Shown here: piece after piece, positions 48,116-57,183 of the stretch
Layout: each line of letters opens with the position of its first letter
Numbering within the stretch: the stretch's first letter is position 1
Source of the DNA: Candidatus Omnitrophota bacterium
Lineage (GTDB): Bacteria; Omnitrophota; Gorgyraeia; Zapsychrales; JANLHA01
Length of the DNA: 64,000 nucleotides
Direction of reading: 5' to 3'
Assembly (NCBI GenBank): GCA_023143685.1
Contig: JAGLHE010000023.1
Span: 700-64,699 of the forward strand
Position numbers and translations under genes: made by a program
Notes under the pieces: model-generated
Told to the model about the DNA's origin: nothing
The model's input: the letters and a program-made list of their open reading frames with translations, nothing else
The model's database searches: none

Positions 48116-48910
48116 TTAAATCGTCATACACGAAAAACCGCCGTCAACAGCAACCTCTGCTCCGGTGGCAAACCCTGCCGCATCCGAACATAACCACAAA
48201 ACAGCTCCGACAAGTTCTTTAGGCTTTCCATACCGCCCCATCGGTGTATGCCCTAAGATCGCATTCTCCCGCTGTTTAGTAATAAAATTCTTCATACTCC
48301 AGTTTGTTGGAAAAAATCCAGGACGCAAAGCATTCACGCGCACATTAAGCGGCGCCCATTCACGTGCTAAATTTTGCGTTAAATTCTTTACCCCTGCCTT
48401 AGCCACTGAATACGTAAAGGCCTTTGATAATGGGGGGCCAGACGAGGCCGAGGACATATTAATGATGCATCCTTTTTTTCGTTTCACCATATATCCGCCA
48501 AAAACCTGGCACCCTAAAAACGTTGCCTTAATATGTGAATCTAAAATCGCGCTCCATTCGTCTTCTGGAATTTCTAAAAATGGCGTTGGCGCGTTAATTC
48601 CCGCGCCATTAATAAGAATATCTACTTTCTTAAATTGCTTTAACACCTCTTCAAGCATCTGTTGATGACTATTTTTATCCGTTGCTTCAAACGCGAGCCC
48701 TATGGCCTTGCCCCCAGCCTTTTGAATCTGCTTAACAACCTTATCCGCTTTTTCCTGCCGCAAATCCAAAACCGCAACCGACACACCCGCCTTCGCTAAC
48801 CCACGCGCCATCTCCCCGCACAAATGACCTCCGCCACCGATCACGACCGCCACTTTCCCCTCTAAATTAAAAAAGTCTTTCAAATAATCTTTTTTCGCCA
48901 TTTCATTCAC
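48116..48910 (-). CDS. Short-chain dehydrogenase/reductase (SDR, gluconate-5-dehydrogenase-like)
   Basis: VIGGGGHLCGEMARGLAKAG, NGAGIN, NMSS and YSVAKAGV (YxxxK). Confidence 0.86.
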   Translation of the reverse strand: MNEMAKKDYLKDFFNLEGKVAVVIGGGGHLCGEMARGLAKAGVSVAVLDLRQEKADKVVKQIQKAGGKAIGLAFEATDKNSHQQMLEEVLKQFKKVDILINGAGINAPTPFLEIPEDEWSAILDSHIKATFLGCQVFGGYMVKRKKGCIINMSSASSGPPLSKAFTYSVAKAGVKNLTQNLAREWAPLNVRVNALRPGFFPTNWSMKNFITKQRENAILGHTPMGRYGKPKELVGAVLWLCSDAAGFATGAEVAVDGGFSCMTI

Positions 48911-48913
48911 CTT

Positions 48914-49888
48914 TTATTTTTTCGTCATAACATTTAACTTTGAAAATCGATGAAACATTTCTCCATCAAAATAATTCACCAAAGGAATACGCCATTTTCC
49001 TAATTGCGGCCCCTTTTCGGTACGATGATGACTTAAAACATATTTATACCACGGACATTTCCCATCAACAAAATGTTGATCTTCCGCCTGCCAAGGATAC
49101 GATAAAAACCTTGAAATCTCACCTTGCGCCATACGCTTTTCTTCCCGATTACAACAATAAAACCTATTCTCCTGATGAAGATGTGTTCGTAAGAACTGAA
49201 AATACTGATTAACTGTTTCCTCATTCATCTCCTGCATCGAGGCAATATTAACCGCGAAATCAAATTTCTGATCATCAAGCTCTGAGAGAAGCTCACTTGG
49301 ACAATAAATAAAATCTGCCTGGTTATCAACGAGTTCGCCCGCTTTGACCAACACATGTTTTGCTTGGGGAAAAACCTTTTGACAATAATAGGACTGAAAA
49401 AGAAGCGTCTTGCCTAAATCCACCAAAACAATTTTTGCCTCGGGATATATTTCTTTTAACATCGAGGAAAAGAAACCATAGCCATCTCCAATATTAATAA
49501 TCTTCTTCGGGGGCTGTGCTGAAAAATGTTCCGACAAAAAACTTAACGCGCAGGCCTGGCGAAAACAATCATACGAAAAAGGAAAACCCATCTTTTTTGC
49601 TATCGGACGCGCCACCTTCTTCATCTTTAAAATTTCACCACGATTTTTCAAATGGCACAAATAACTTAAAATCGTCAGCCACGAAAAAATCCGTGTCGGC
49701 AAAGACCGATACTCCATATCCCCGAACCCGAATCCTTGCAGCGCGTCAATCTTGCCCTCGGCCATATGCACATTCACTTTTTGATGAAACTCCTGCCAAT
49801 GGGATGAAACCAATTCCTGAGGGGTCACATCAGACTCATAATAGTCACAGTAAAGATCTTGTATTATCATACCCTGACTATCTGACAT
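48914..49888 (-). CDS. Putative sugar O-methyltransferase-like protein
   Basis: IINIGDGYGFFSSMLKEIYPEAKIVLVDL is a motif-I-like Rossmann segment, and the overall size matches the putative sugar O-methyltransferase family. Start moved to Met51 (ATG 49888, ACGGAG SD), which overlaps the HAD gene by 11 nt. Confidence 0.55.
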   Translation of the reverse strand: MSDSQGMIIQDLYCDYYESDVTPQELVSSHWQEFHQKVNVHMAEGKIDALQGFGFGDMEYRSLPTRIFSWLTILSYLCHLKNRGEILKMKKVARPIAKKMGFPFSYDCFRQACALSFLSEHFSAQPPKKIINIGDGYGFFSSMLKEIYPEAKIVLVDLGKTLLFQSYYCQKVFPQAKHVLVKAGELVDNQADFIYCPSELLSELDDQKFDFAVNIASMQEMNEETVNQYFQFLRTHLHQENRFYCCNREEKRMAQGEISRFLSYPWQAEDQHFVDGKCPWYKYVLSHHRTEKGPQLGKWRIPLVNYFDGEMFHRFSKLNVMTKK

Positions 49889-50531
49889 ACGCACTCCGTT
49901 GAATAGCCTGCTTGATTTCACAGAAATCCTTACAAACCAAAACATTCGCATCTTCAAAGGGCCGCCCGCTATCTCTCCCGATAAAATGAACACCTGTTTC
50001 CTTTGCAGCAAGGTAATCCTGCTGTGTGTCCCCGACATAAATAACCTGCTCCGCGCTAAAACCTTCCTGCTTTAAAATCTCCCTAAAAGCATCCACCTTT
50101 TTCCAGGGATAGGTATACACTTTTTTAAAATATTGCGCGATTTTTTTAGCGATGAGAATTCTTTGGAATTCATCTTCCGGATTAACTGTGGCAATATAAA
50201 AAGTCATCTGAGGGGCATACTCTTTTAAGAAATCTTCCAACCCTTCCACAAACGGCGCGGCAATAATTTTCCCAACAATATAATTCGAATAATCCTGACA
50301 CAGCTGCGCCTCTCTCTCCGGTGTAAAAGGCTGCTTTAAAATATTCTCCGTAATATGTTTAAACTTTTCAAAACGGATCGTCGCGTTATTCTCTATATGA
50401 TACGCTATAATCTCGTCAAACTGCTGCGGATAACCTTTAAAAAGCTCTTTAAAAGCCGCGTCCTTAATCCCAACTGACTCAACAATTACGCCGTCAAAAT
50501 CTAAAATAATCGCTTTAATATTCATCCCCAA
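49878..50531 (-). CDS. HAD-superfamily hydrolase (phosphatase, subfamily IA-like)
   Basis: Motif I AIILDFDGVIVES, a cap-domain-length insert, and motif IV YVGDTQQDYLAAKETG. Confidence 0.85.
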   Translation of the reverse strand: MGMNIKAIILDFDGVIVESVGIKDAAFKELFKGYPQQFDEIIAYHIENNATIRFEKFKHITENILKQPFTPEREAQLCQDYSNYIVGKIIAAPFVEGLEDFLKEYAPQMTFYIATVNPEDEFQRILIAKKIAQYFKKVYTYPWKKVDAFREILKQEGFSAEQVIYVGDTQQDYLAAKETGVHFIGRDSGRPFEDANVLVCKDFCEIKQAIQRSAYVR

Positions 50532-50534
50532 AAC

Positions 50535-51323
50535 CTACTTCCTTAATTTCGCGACACAAACCTTCATCTTTTCAGCCCATTTCCAAAGAACAAAAATATC
50601 CGACGCCAAAATGACAAATGTAAACCCTGCCTTAAAATTCTTTTTAAGACTATTTAAATCCGGCTCAATGTTCTGCGTACCGCAAGCCTTCTTATGTTTC
50701 TTACATGAGGCAATCACATGCTGACAAAGATCCTTCACCTTTTTATGATGGATCTGCCCTGGAATCCCTAACGACCCTGACATATCGTACGGTCCGATCA
50801 TAACCCCATCAATATCCGGACGTTTAAGAATACTTTCAATATTTTCAGCCGCTTCCCTCGACTCAATCTGAGGGATAATCACCGAAGACTCATTCCAGGT
50901 TCTGGCATTTTTATCGAAATCAAAACCGTATCCTTGCCCCCGAGCGATCCCGAAACTGCGATTTCCTTTCGGCACATATTTTGTCCACTCAATAATGCTA
51001 TCCGCTTCACCCGCATTATTAACCATCGGCGCAATAATCCCATCCGCGCCAGAATCCAAAAGACGTTTGATCATTGGCATATTATGAGAATCAATACGCG
51101 GCAGACATAACGACCCTTCCGCCTGAGCCGCGGTAATTATTGCCTGTGACTGTTCCAAGCTGATCGTGCTATGCTCAATATCAATCCCCACAAAATCAAC
51201 GCCTGACTTCGCGAAGATCTCAGTGATCCCGGGAGACGCAAATGATGTCCACGCGCCTAAAACCTTCTCGCGAGAACGCAACTTCTTTTTTAATTTTCGT
51301 CGTCTTTGAACAAGTTGATCCAT
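50535..51323 (-). CDS. HpcH/HpaI-family class II (pyruvate) aldolase
   Basis: LGAWTSFASPGITEIFAKSGVDFVGIDIEHS, PRIDSHNMPMIKRLLDSGADGIIAPMV and GPYDMSGSLG follow the HpcH/HpaI aldolase pattern. Confidence 0.8.
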   Translation of the reverse strand: MDQLVQRRRKLKKKLRSREKVLGAWTSFASPGITEIFAKSGVDFVGIDIEHSTISLEQSQAIITAAQAEGSLCLPRIDSHNMPMIKRLLDSGADGIIAPMVNNAGEADSIIEWTKYVPKGNRSFGIARGQGYGFDFDKNARTWNESSVIIPQIESREAAENIESILKRPDIDGVMIGPYDMSGSLGIPGQIHHKKVKDLCQHVIASCKKHKKACGTQNIEPDLNSLKKNFKAGFTFVILASDIFVLWKWAEKMKVCVAKLRK

Positions 51324-52006
51324 TAGGCCTTCTCCCCTTTTGCCGCATCTTCAAGAAACATCTGAACCGTTTCCTTTGTATACGGGTGCACCAACATTCC
51401 TTCAATCAATTTTGGAACAGCTGTAACAATATGCGCCCCGGCATTAAGCCATTCAACAATATTTAAAACTTCCCGCGTTGATCCCACAATAATTTCTGCC
51501 TTTAAACCAAAATTATCAATCAAGTCACGAATCTTCTCGATCTCTTCAATCACGTTATATCCCATATTATTCACGCGTCCACCGAAAATCGAAACATACG
51601 TGGCTCCCGCCATCGCCGCCAGCAAACACTGCTGCGCGCTCATCATCGCGGTCACATTCACTCGGATATCATGTTTTGTTTCCAGCTCATGGATTACTTC
51701 CATATTATCCAATTCCCCGTTAGGGCCATGAACCGTGATCTTCACATTAATATTCTTTGCCCACCCCGCCATCTCTTTGGCTTGCACAATCATTTCCTCT
51801 TTATCATTACTCGTCACTTCAACCGAAAGCGGCAACGGAGCAATCAATTTTGCCATTTCGATCGTGTGCGCTTTGACCGCAGCCATCCCGCCCGTAACGC
51901 CATCTTTAAGAAGAATCGTTGGATTAGTCGTTACTCCTCGAATGATCCCCATTTTATGGTATTTCTTGATTTCTTCAATATTCCCGGTATCCAAAAAAAT
52001 AGCCAT
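51323..52006 (-). CDS. Short transaldolase / fructose-6-phosphate aldolase (TalC/FSA) family enzyme
   Basis: MAIFLDTGNIEEIKKY..GIIRGVTTNPTIL, NVKIT (Schiff-base lysine context) and SIFGGR. 227 aa, the FSA/TalC size class. Confidence 0.85.
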   Translation of the reverse strand: MAIFLDTGNIEEIKKYHKMGIIRGVTTNPTILLKDGVTGGMAAVKAHTIEMAKLIAPLPLSVEVTSNDKEEMIVQAKEMAGWAKNINVKITVHGPNGELDNMEVIHELETKHDIRVNVTAMMSAQQCLLAAMAGATYVSIFGGRVNNMGYNVIEEIEKIRDLIDNFGLKAEIIVGSTREVLNIVEWLNAGAHIVTAVPKLIEGMLVHPYTKETVQMFLEDAAKGEKA

Positions 52007-52040
52007 ACAATTTTCCTTTCCTTTAGAAATATTCTTTCAC

Positions 52041-52913
52041 TTAAAATCTTGTAAAAACATAATTAAACATCTTTAATTCCTCTGGCCCACACTGATGCTG
52101 AGAATGAATACGAAACCCATTTTCTATCAAACACTTCACAATATCATCTTTATCATCCCCTGCCTCGACAAGAACACTCTTCAACGCGGGATTTAATAAA
52201 GTTTTTTGCGCCCCATCCAAAATTTCCTTTTCAATCCCATCCACATCCAGCTTAATATGGTTCGGGACAGGAAGGTCAAAACTTTCAATCAAGTCGTCCA
52301 TCGCATAACTCAAGACCGTTTGTTTAAAGGCCGCGTCAAATGTTTCATGCTTGTAATCAATCGCCTCACCCAAATTATGCAAAGCCCCTCCGGGGATAAG
52401 GTTCTGATAATAAAAATAATCGACTGTTGTCCGCCCGGCAAGCGCGATATTTAAAGGAATGATAGCCTCTCCGCATTTATTTAAATGAATATTTTTGCAC
52501 AACTGCGGAAAATTCAAAAAAGACGGCTCAAAGGCATATACTTGAACATCATCCTTAAGATGCTTTGACGTTACCAAGGAATACGCGCCAACATTTGCGC
52601 CAATATCAAAAAGAACATCGCCAGGCTTTATAAAGGTCTCAATCCATTCAATTGTTTCAGGCTCTTTCACACAAGAATGCAATCGCACATCTTTTTCGAT
52701 AGAGGACGAAAGATCCAGAAAAATATCCGCCTTCCCATAATCCATCTTTTTAACAACGCGTATTCGACTCTTAAGATAAACCCTAAAAGACGATGGCAAA
52801 ACATTAACAAAAGCATTATTCATTCGATCAACAAAAGACAGCCATTTCCTTTTTAACCCCTTAAGTCGATTCCACTGATTCTTAGACAACTTATTTCTTA
52901 ATATTCTTCTCAT
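52041..52913 (-). CDS. FkbM-family methyltransferase
   Basis: VLFDIGANVGAYSLV, VYAFEPSFLNFPQLCKNI and IKLDVDGIEKEIL are the FkbM family pattern. Confidence 0.82.
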   Translation of the reverse strand: MRRILRNKLSKNQWNRLKGLKRKWLSFVDRMNNAFVNVLPSSFRVYLKSRIRVVKKMDYGKADIFLDLSSSIEKDVRLHSCVKEPETIEWIETFIKPGDVLFDIGANVGAYSLVTSKHLKDDVQVYAFEPSFLNFPQLCKNIHLNKCGEAIIPLNIALAGRTTVDYFYYQNLIPGGALHNLGEAIDYKHETFDAAFKQTVLSYAMDDLIESFDLPVPNHIKLDVDGIEKEILDGAQKTLLNPALKSVLVEAGDDKDDIVKCLIENGFRIHSQHQCGPEELKMFNYVFTRF

Positions 52914-52930
52914 ATCAGGTATTAATCGTT

Positions 52931-54319
52931 TTATGATTGACGAAAACCTCGGAAACTCGCGTCGCGTTCCAAATAAAGTTTGCGTGTCTGTTCTTTAAAA
53001 GATAAACTTTTATTCTTAAAATAATTTTCCAACAATCTTTCGTTGGCCTCAGAAAGAGCCTCATAAAATTCATCATCTGTTAACTCTGTAAAATTAATTG
53101 CCATAAGGTCGGAATTAAGATGTTTATTTTCATAAAAATCTTCACAATCTTTCAACAATCCCTTCTCAATCGCATGATAATACAGCGGAGAACCAGGATA
53201 CGGAGTAACTGGACGAATCGTACGCAACTGAGCGCCGTCGTCATACTTCAATAAAAATTCAACTCCCTTATTAAGAGTTTCTCGATTCTCTCCGATATTA
53301 CCATAAATAATGTTATAACCCGGACTAATCCCTGCCGCTAACGTTGCTTCAATTCCCTTAACGATCTGCTTTGTTGTTAATGCCTTATTCATATTTTTTA
53401 ATATCTGATCATCCATCGCCTCAATACCATAATTAATAAAAACGCAGCCCGATTCTTTCATAAGCTTCAGCACATCCGCACGCGCATAATTCAACCGGCC
53501 ATTACAGTTCCATTTAATCTTTAACTGTGCTTTCAAAAAATCTTTACACAAGCTCTCAACCCGATCAATAGAGGACATGAGAAGTTCATCAGAAAAACTA
53601 ATATATGTAATATTATATTCTTTCTGTAAAAATTTAATCTCATCAATAATCGCCTCATTCCTTCGAGGACGAAACCCCTCATCCATACGATAACAAAAGT
53701 TACACTTAAACGTACAGCCCCTCCCGGAAAGCATACGCGCCGTAAAATCCGTTTTAGATGAATTCGGCATCGGTAATAACCGATAGTATTCCATAGGAAA
53801 CAAATCATATGCCGGCAGGGAAATAGTATCAATATCTTTTATTAACGGTTCTCGTTCATTAACAAAAACATCGTTTCCATCCCGATAAGCAATCCCTTTA
53901 ACGTGCGATAAAGAGGATTTTTGAGAGACAGCATTAACCAAGTTAACAACAATTTCTTCACCTTCTCCAAGAACCGCGACATCGGCCTGTGTCTTTTTCA
54001 GAAAATACTCAGGCTCTGGGGCTGGACCATGTCCGCCAATAATACAAAATGGCCGATTTTTCGACTTATTAATCGCATCCGAAAGGGCAAGAAGTTTACG
54101 GTACTGATAATACCCTCCAATAACGCTAACGCCAACAAAATCAAATTTATTATTATCCAAATATTCCGTAAGATGCTCATCCGGATAATGATGAAGATCC
54201 TGATTATAGATCTCAACATCAACACCATTATTACGAAGAACCGCCGCAATATACGCTAATCCTAAAGGAATATCATGGATATAAGATTTATTATCATAAA
54301 CAACGAGTAAAAATCGCAT
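52931..54319 (-). CDS. B12-binding-domain radical SAM protein
   Basis: N-terminal cobalamin-binding-like segment (MRFLLVVYDN..PLGLAYIAAVLRNNGVDVEIYNQD ... GGHGP). Radical SAM CX3CX2C motif in SGRGCTFKCNFC. Confidence 0.82.
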   Translation of the reverse strand: MRFLLVVYDNKSYIHDIPLGLAYIAAVLRNNGVDVEIYNQDLHHYPDEHLTEYLDNNKFDFVGVSVIGGYYQYRKLLALSDAINKSKNRPFCIIGGHGPAPEPEYFLKKTQADVAVLGEGEEIVVNLVNAVSQKSSLSHVKGIAYRDGNDVFVNEREPLIKDIDTISLPAYDLFPMEYYRLLPMPNSSKTDFTARMLSGRGCTFKCNFCYRMDEGFRPRRNEAIIDEIKFLQKEYNITYISFSDELLMSSIDRVESLCKDFLKAQLKIKWNCNGRLNYARADVLKLMKESGCVFINYGIEAMDDQILKNMNKALTTKQIVKGIEATLAAGISPGYNIIYGNIGENRETLNKGVEFLLKYDDGAQLRTIRPVTPYPGSPLYYHAIEKGLLKDCEDFYENKHLNSDLMAINFTELTDDEFYEALSEANERLLENYFKNKSLSFKEQTRKLYLERDASFRGFRQS

Positions 54320-54346
54320 TAAAACATCTCCTTTACTGCACCCTAT

Positions 54347-54949
54347 TTATACATTTGTCACGGATTCCCATTTATTGCTGATCTGCATAATCCGTGGATC
54401 CGAAACGATCAAATGCCAGACAACACCCTGAAACGCTTCGGAGTGAGGTGTAATCGTCGCTGAATTAACCGGTGGAACAATGACACAGGCATCAGCAACT
54501 TTTGCCGTATACCCCCCATCACGGCCAACAACACCAACAATTTTTGCCTTTTGTTCTTTGGCATACTCCAAGGCATATACCAGATTAGCACTTATATTTC
54601 TTTCCTTATTGCCTCCGCCCACAGAAAACACAAAAATAGCATCATTTTCATTTAAACGAGAGCTCTTAAGCCACTCAGCAAATACCGTATGCCACCCCTC
54701 ATCGTTCGTGCGCGCTGTTAGCTCTGACACATTATCTGTCGGGGCGTAGGACTCAAACCCACCTATCTTACGAAAATCATTGACGGCATGAGAGCAGTTG
54801 CCCGCACTTCCGCCAACGCCTAAGAAAAAAAGACGCCCCTCCTGAGAACGAATATTCAACAAAATCTCAATGATCTTCTCAATCTGTGACTGGTCGATCT
54901 TTTTAATAATCTCGACCGCTTCCTCAAAATAACGGCTGATGTATGACAT
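54347..54949 (-). CDS. SIS-domain sugar-phosphate isomerase (GmhA-like)
   Basis: RLFFLGVGGSAGNCSHAVNDF, DAIFVFSVGGGN and AKIVGVVGRDGG fit a single SIS domain of GmhA size (200 aa), with no CBS pair as in KdsD. Confidence 0.78.
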   Translation of the reverse strand: MSYISRYFEEAVEIIKKIDQSQIEKIIEILLNIRSQEGRLFFLGVGGSAGNCSHAVNDFRKIGGFESYAPTDNVSELTARTNDEGWHTVFAEWLKSSRLNENDAIFVFSVGGGNKERNISANLVYALEYAKEQKAKIVGVVGRDGGYTAKVADACVIVPPVNSATITPHSEAFQGVVWHLIVSDPRIMQISNKWESVTNV

Positions 54950-54961
54950 CCTGCACCTCTT

Positions 54962-55984
54962 TCAATTATCTTTTTTCCTAATTAAAATACGGCCATAAGA
55001 GCTCAATAAATTCACTTGCAGGAATTCCTGAAAAGCTCTTTTGACATTTTCATCTTTATTATTAATCAACCCTCGCGTAAATCGCGAAAGTTCAAAATCA
55101 GGATTGTCGTTTGCGACCTTTTCTACAATCTCTAAATCTAAAATACCCGGTGTACTGAATTCGATGCATTCAAAACCGCAACGCTCAAACAATTTCTTCA
55201 ACCCCTCAACAGAAAAAACATTGAGGCGGTCCGGAGGATAAAGACTTTCCGATCTTCCCCACAACACTTGAATATCAAAACCCGATGAAAGAATCGCCGT
55301 AATAAAGCATAGTCCGCTGGGCTTAAGCATCTTACCAATGTTCTCAAAAATATTCTCAACATCAGAAGTGTGATCCAGGACTTCAAAAAGAGAAACGACA
55401 TCCACTTGATTTTCAAGCTTTGCCCCCCACCCTTTGTCCCTTAAAACAGATACTGTGCTGTCACTTTTGATATTTTCGCCATTCAAATAAGGATTCAGTA
55501 ATGTTTTTTTCTCAAAGAATGGTGTTTCCAACATCTCGTCGATATACCCATATTGACTCGTATGGACATCTACCCAGTGCTTCGCACCTGAGAGAAACTC
55601 CTGCGTCGAATCTAATATCCATTCACAGCGAGGCTTAAAAATCTTTTCTTTCCGTTTTTGCTCTGTGGCCTTAAAAAGTTTCTCTTGCCAAAATTTTCGT
55701 GAAGGGCTCTCATTGTAATAATAACTTAACGTTTCTTCATCAGGACGAGGAGAGACATAAAGCGTCTGACACTCAAGACATTCCTTAAATTGCATACCCA
55801 ACTTCTTGAAGGCTTCCTGGGCCTTGCTGGCACCACACCCAGGGCAGGAACACTCCTTTAGGGAAGGTGATTTTACTAAGAGGGACTGTACATCCTCCTC
55901 TGTCATCTGGATATACTGTTCTAACAATTCAGACGGTTTTAAGTCTAACTCATTGTACTCATCAAAAATGACAATGTTTTTCAT
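54962..55984 (-). CDS. Class I SAM-dependent methyltransferase with N-terminal zinc-ribbon
   Basis: CPGC...CLEC cysteine pairs and VDVVSLFEVLDHTSDVENIFENIGKMLKPSGLCFIT core. Confidence 0.7.
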   Translation of the reverse strand: MKNIVIFDEYNELDLKPSELLEQYIQMTEEDVQSLLVKSPSLKECSCPGCGASKAQEAFKKLGMQFKECLECQTLYVSPRPDEETLSYYYNESPSRKFWQEKLFKATEQKRKEKIFKPRCEWILDSTQEFLSGAKHWVDVHTSQYGYIDEMLETPFFEKKTLLNPYLNGENIKSDSTVSVLRDKGWGAKLENQVDVVSLFEVLDHTSDVENIFENIGKMLKPSGLCFITAILSSGFDIQVLWGRSESLYPPDRLNVFSVEGLKKLFERCGFECIEFSTPGILDLEIVEKVANDNPDFELSRFTRGLINNKDENVKRAFQEFLQVNLLSSYGRILIRKKDN

Positions 55985-57008
55985 CGTCGCCCTCGCTTAC
56001 TAAATTGGATTCTGCATCTTTGTAGGCCTGCTCAATGATTTCCATAACCCTTAACGCGTCATGAGAAGAACTCATCGTAACAGCTTTATTTTCTTGTATA
56101 CATTTCACGAACTCATCAACTTCAATATCCCAGGAAAGATCCCTGTCAAAATACGTAACCTCCTCCGACGGATTGCCGACCGCTTCGGCCTCATCTTCAA
56201 ATTGGCGTTTCGCGACAATCAGTTTTTCCCGTCCATAACTCCCTGTTTTAGAAAGCAATCCTTCCACGATCATATACCCTTCTTCTAAAATAATATTCAT
56301 CTGGAAAGTATGTCTCCACAATGTTGCTGAGGAATGCAAAGAAGCCGTCTGGCCTTTATGGTTCTGAAGAATCACGAAGGCATTGTCTTCTAAATCAAAC
56401 TTCCAGAAAGCGGTATTAACAAAACATTTCACATGTTCAAAGTCATCGCAGAAATACCGGAACAAATCCAACATATGAATGCCCTGGTCCAAAAGGATGC
56501 CTCCCCCTGAAATTTCTTTCTTATTACGCCATGACTCATGGTATTTGGCCCCACCGGATTTCCCATAAACACCCCTCAATCCGATAATCTTTCCAACCCG
56601 CCCACTTTCAATAAGCACCTTGGCCTTGGCAATCCCGGGATGATATCGGTGATTAAAACCGAACATCAACTTTACGCCCTTTTTTTCATGCGCGCGCATG
56701 TCTAAAATATCCTGGACGTTACGGCCCGGCGGCTTCTCGCAAAAAACATGTTTGCCCAAATCCATGGCCCTCATGGCAATCTCCGGCGAAAAGCAGTTCG
56801 GAGTACACACAAAAATAATATCTACATCTTGTTTGAGAAGTTCCTCATAAGATTTAAACGCAGGAACATCCTGAATTTTTTCTCTGACATCATCCTGAAC
56901 TTCACAGATGCCAACCAATTTTAGACCGGGAAGGCTCTCGACAACACGCCGTCGGATTTCCCCCATATACCCATACCCTATAATCCCACATTTCAAGACA
57001 TCCTTCAT
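55962..57008 (-). CDS. Gfo/Idh/MocA-family NAD(P)-dependent sugar oxidoreductase
   Basis: KCGIIGYGYMG, VFCEKP and GFNHRYHP motifs. The ORF-track Met1 is a TTG codon, so I took ATG 57008, which is preceded by GAGGTGGAG. Confidence 0.85.
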   Translation of the reverse strand: MKDVLKCGIIGYGYMGEIRRRVVESLPGLKLVGICEVQDDVREKIQDVPAFKSYEELLKQDVDIIFVCTPNCFSPEIAMRAMDLGKHVFCEKPPGRNVQDILDMRAHEKKGVKLMFGFNHRYHPGIAKAKVLIESGRVGKIIGLRGVYGKSGGAKYHESWRNKKEISGGGILLDQGIHMLDLFRYFCDDFEHVKCFVNTAFWKFDLEDNAFVILQNHKGQTASLHSSATLWRHTFQMNIILEEGYMIVEGLLSKTGSYGREKLIVAKRQFEDEAEAVGNPSEEVTYFDRDLSWDIEVDEFVKCIQENKAVTMSSSHDALRVMEIIEQAYKDAESNLVSEGDDEKHCHF

Positions 57009-57183
57009 CTCTATTTTCTCCACCTCAATCAATTTAATTTATTGATCAATCCTTATTTTCAAAATTACATTTTAACAGCAATAATGCCTTAAAAATTATA
57101 CTATTTATAAAAAATATCGACATATCTAAAGTCATTTCTTTGCAGCCTTTGTTCACCCATCCTCCGACAAAGGGTCAAAGTCC

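Noticed and set aside
57033-57183. 151-bp AT-rich gap as a terminator plus promoter.
   Set aside because: The hairpin CCTTTGT-N14-ACAAAGG (7 bp) is not followed by a U-tract on the minus strand. TATAAT at 57100-57095 has no acceptable -35 (ATGTCG). This is plausibly a transcription-unit boundary, but the signals are too weak to annotate.
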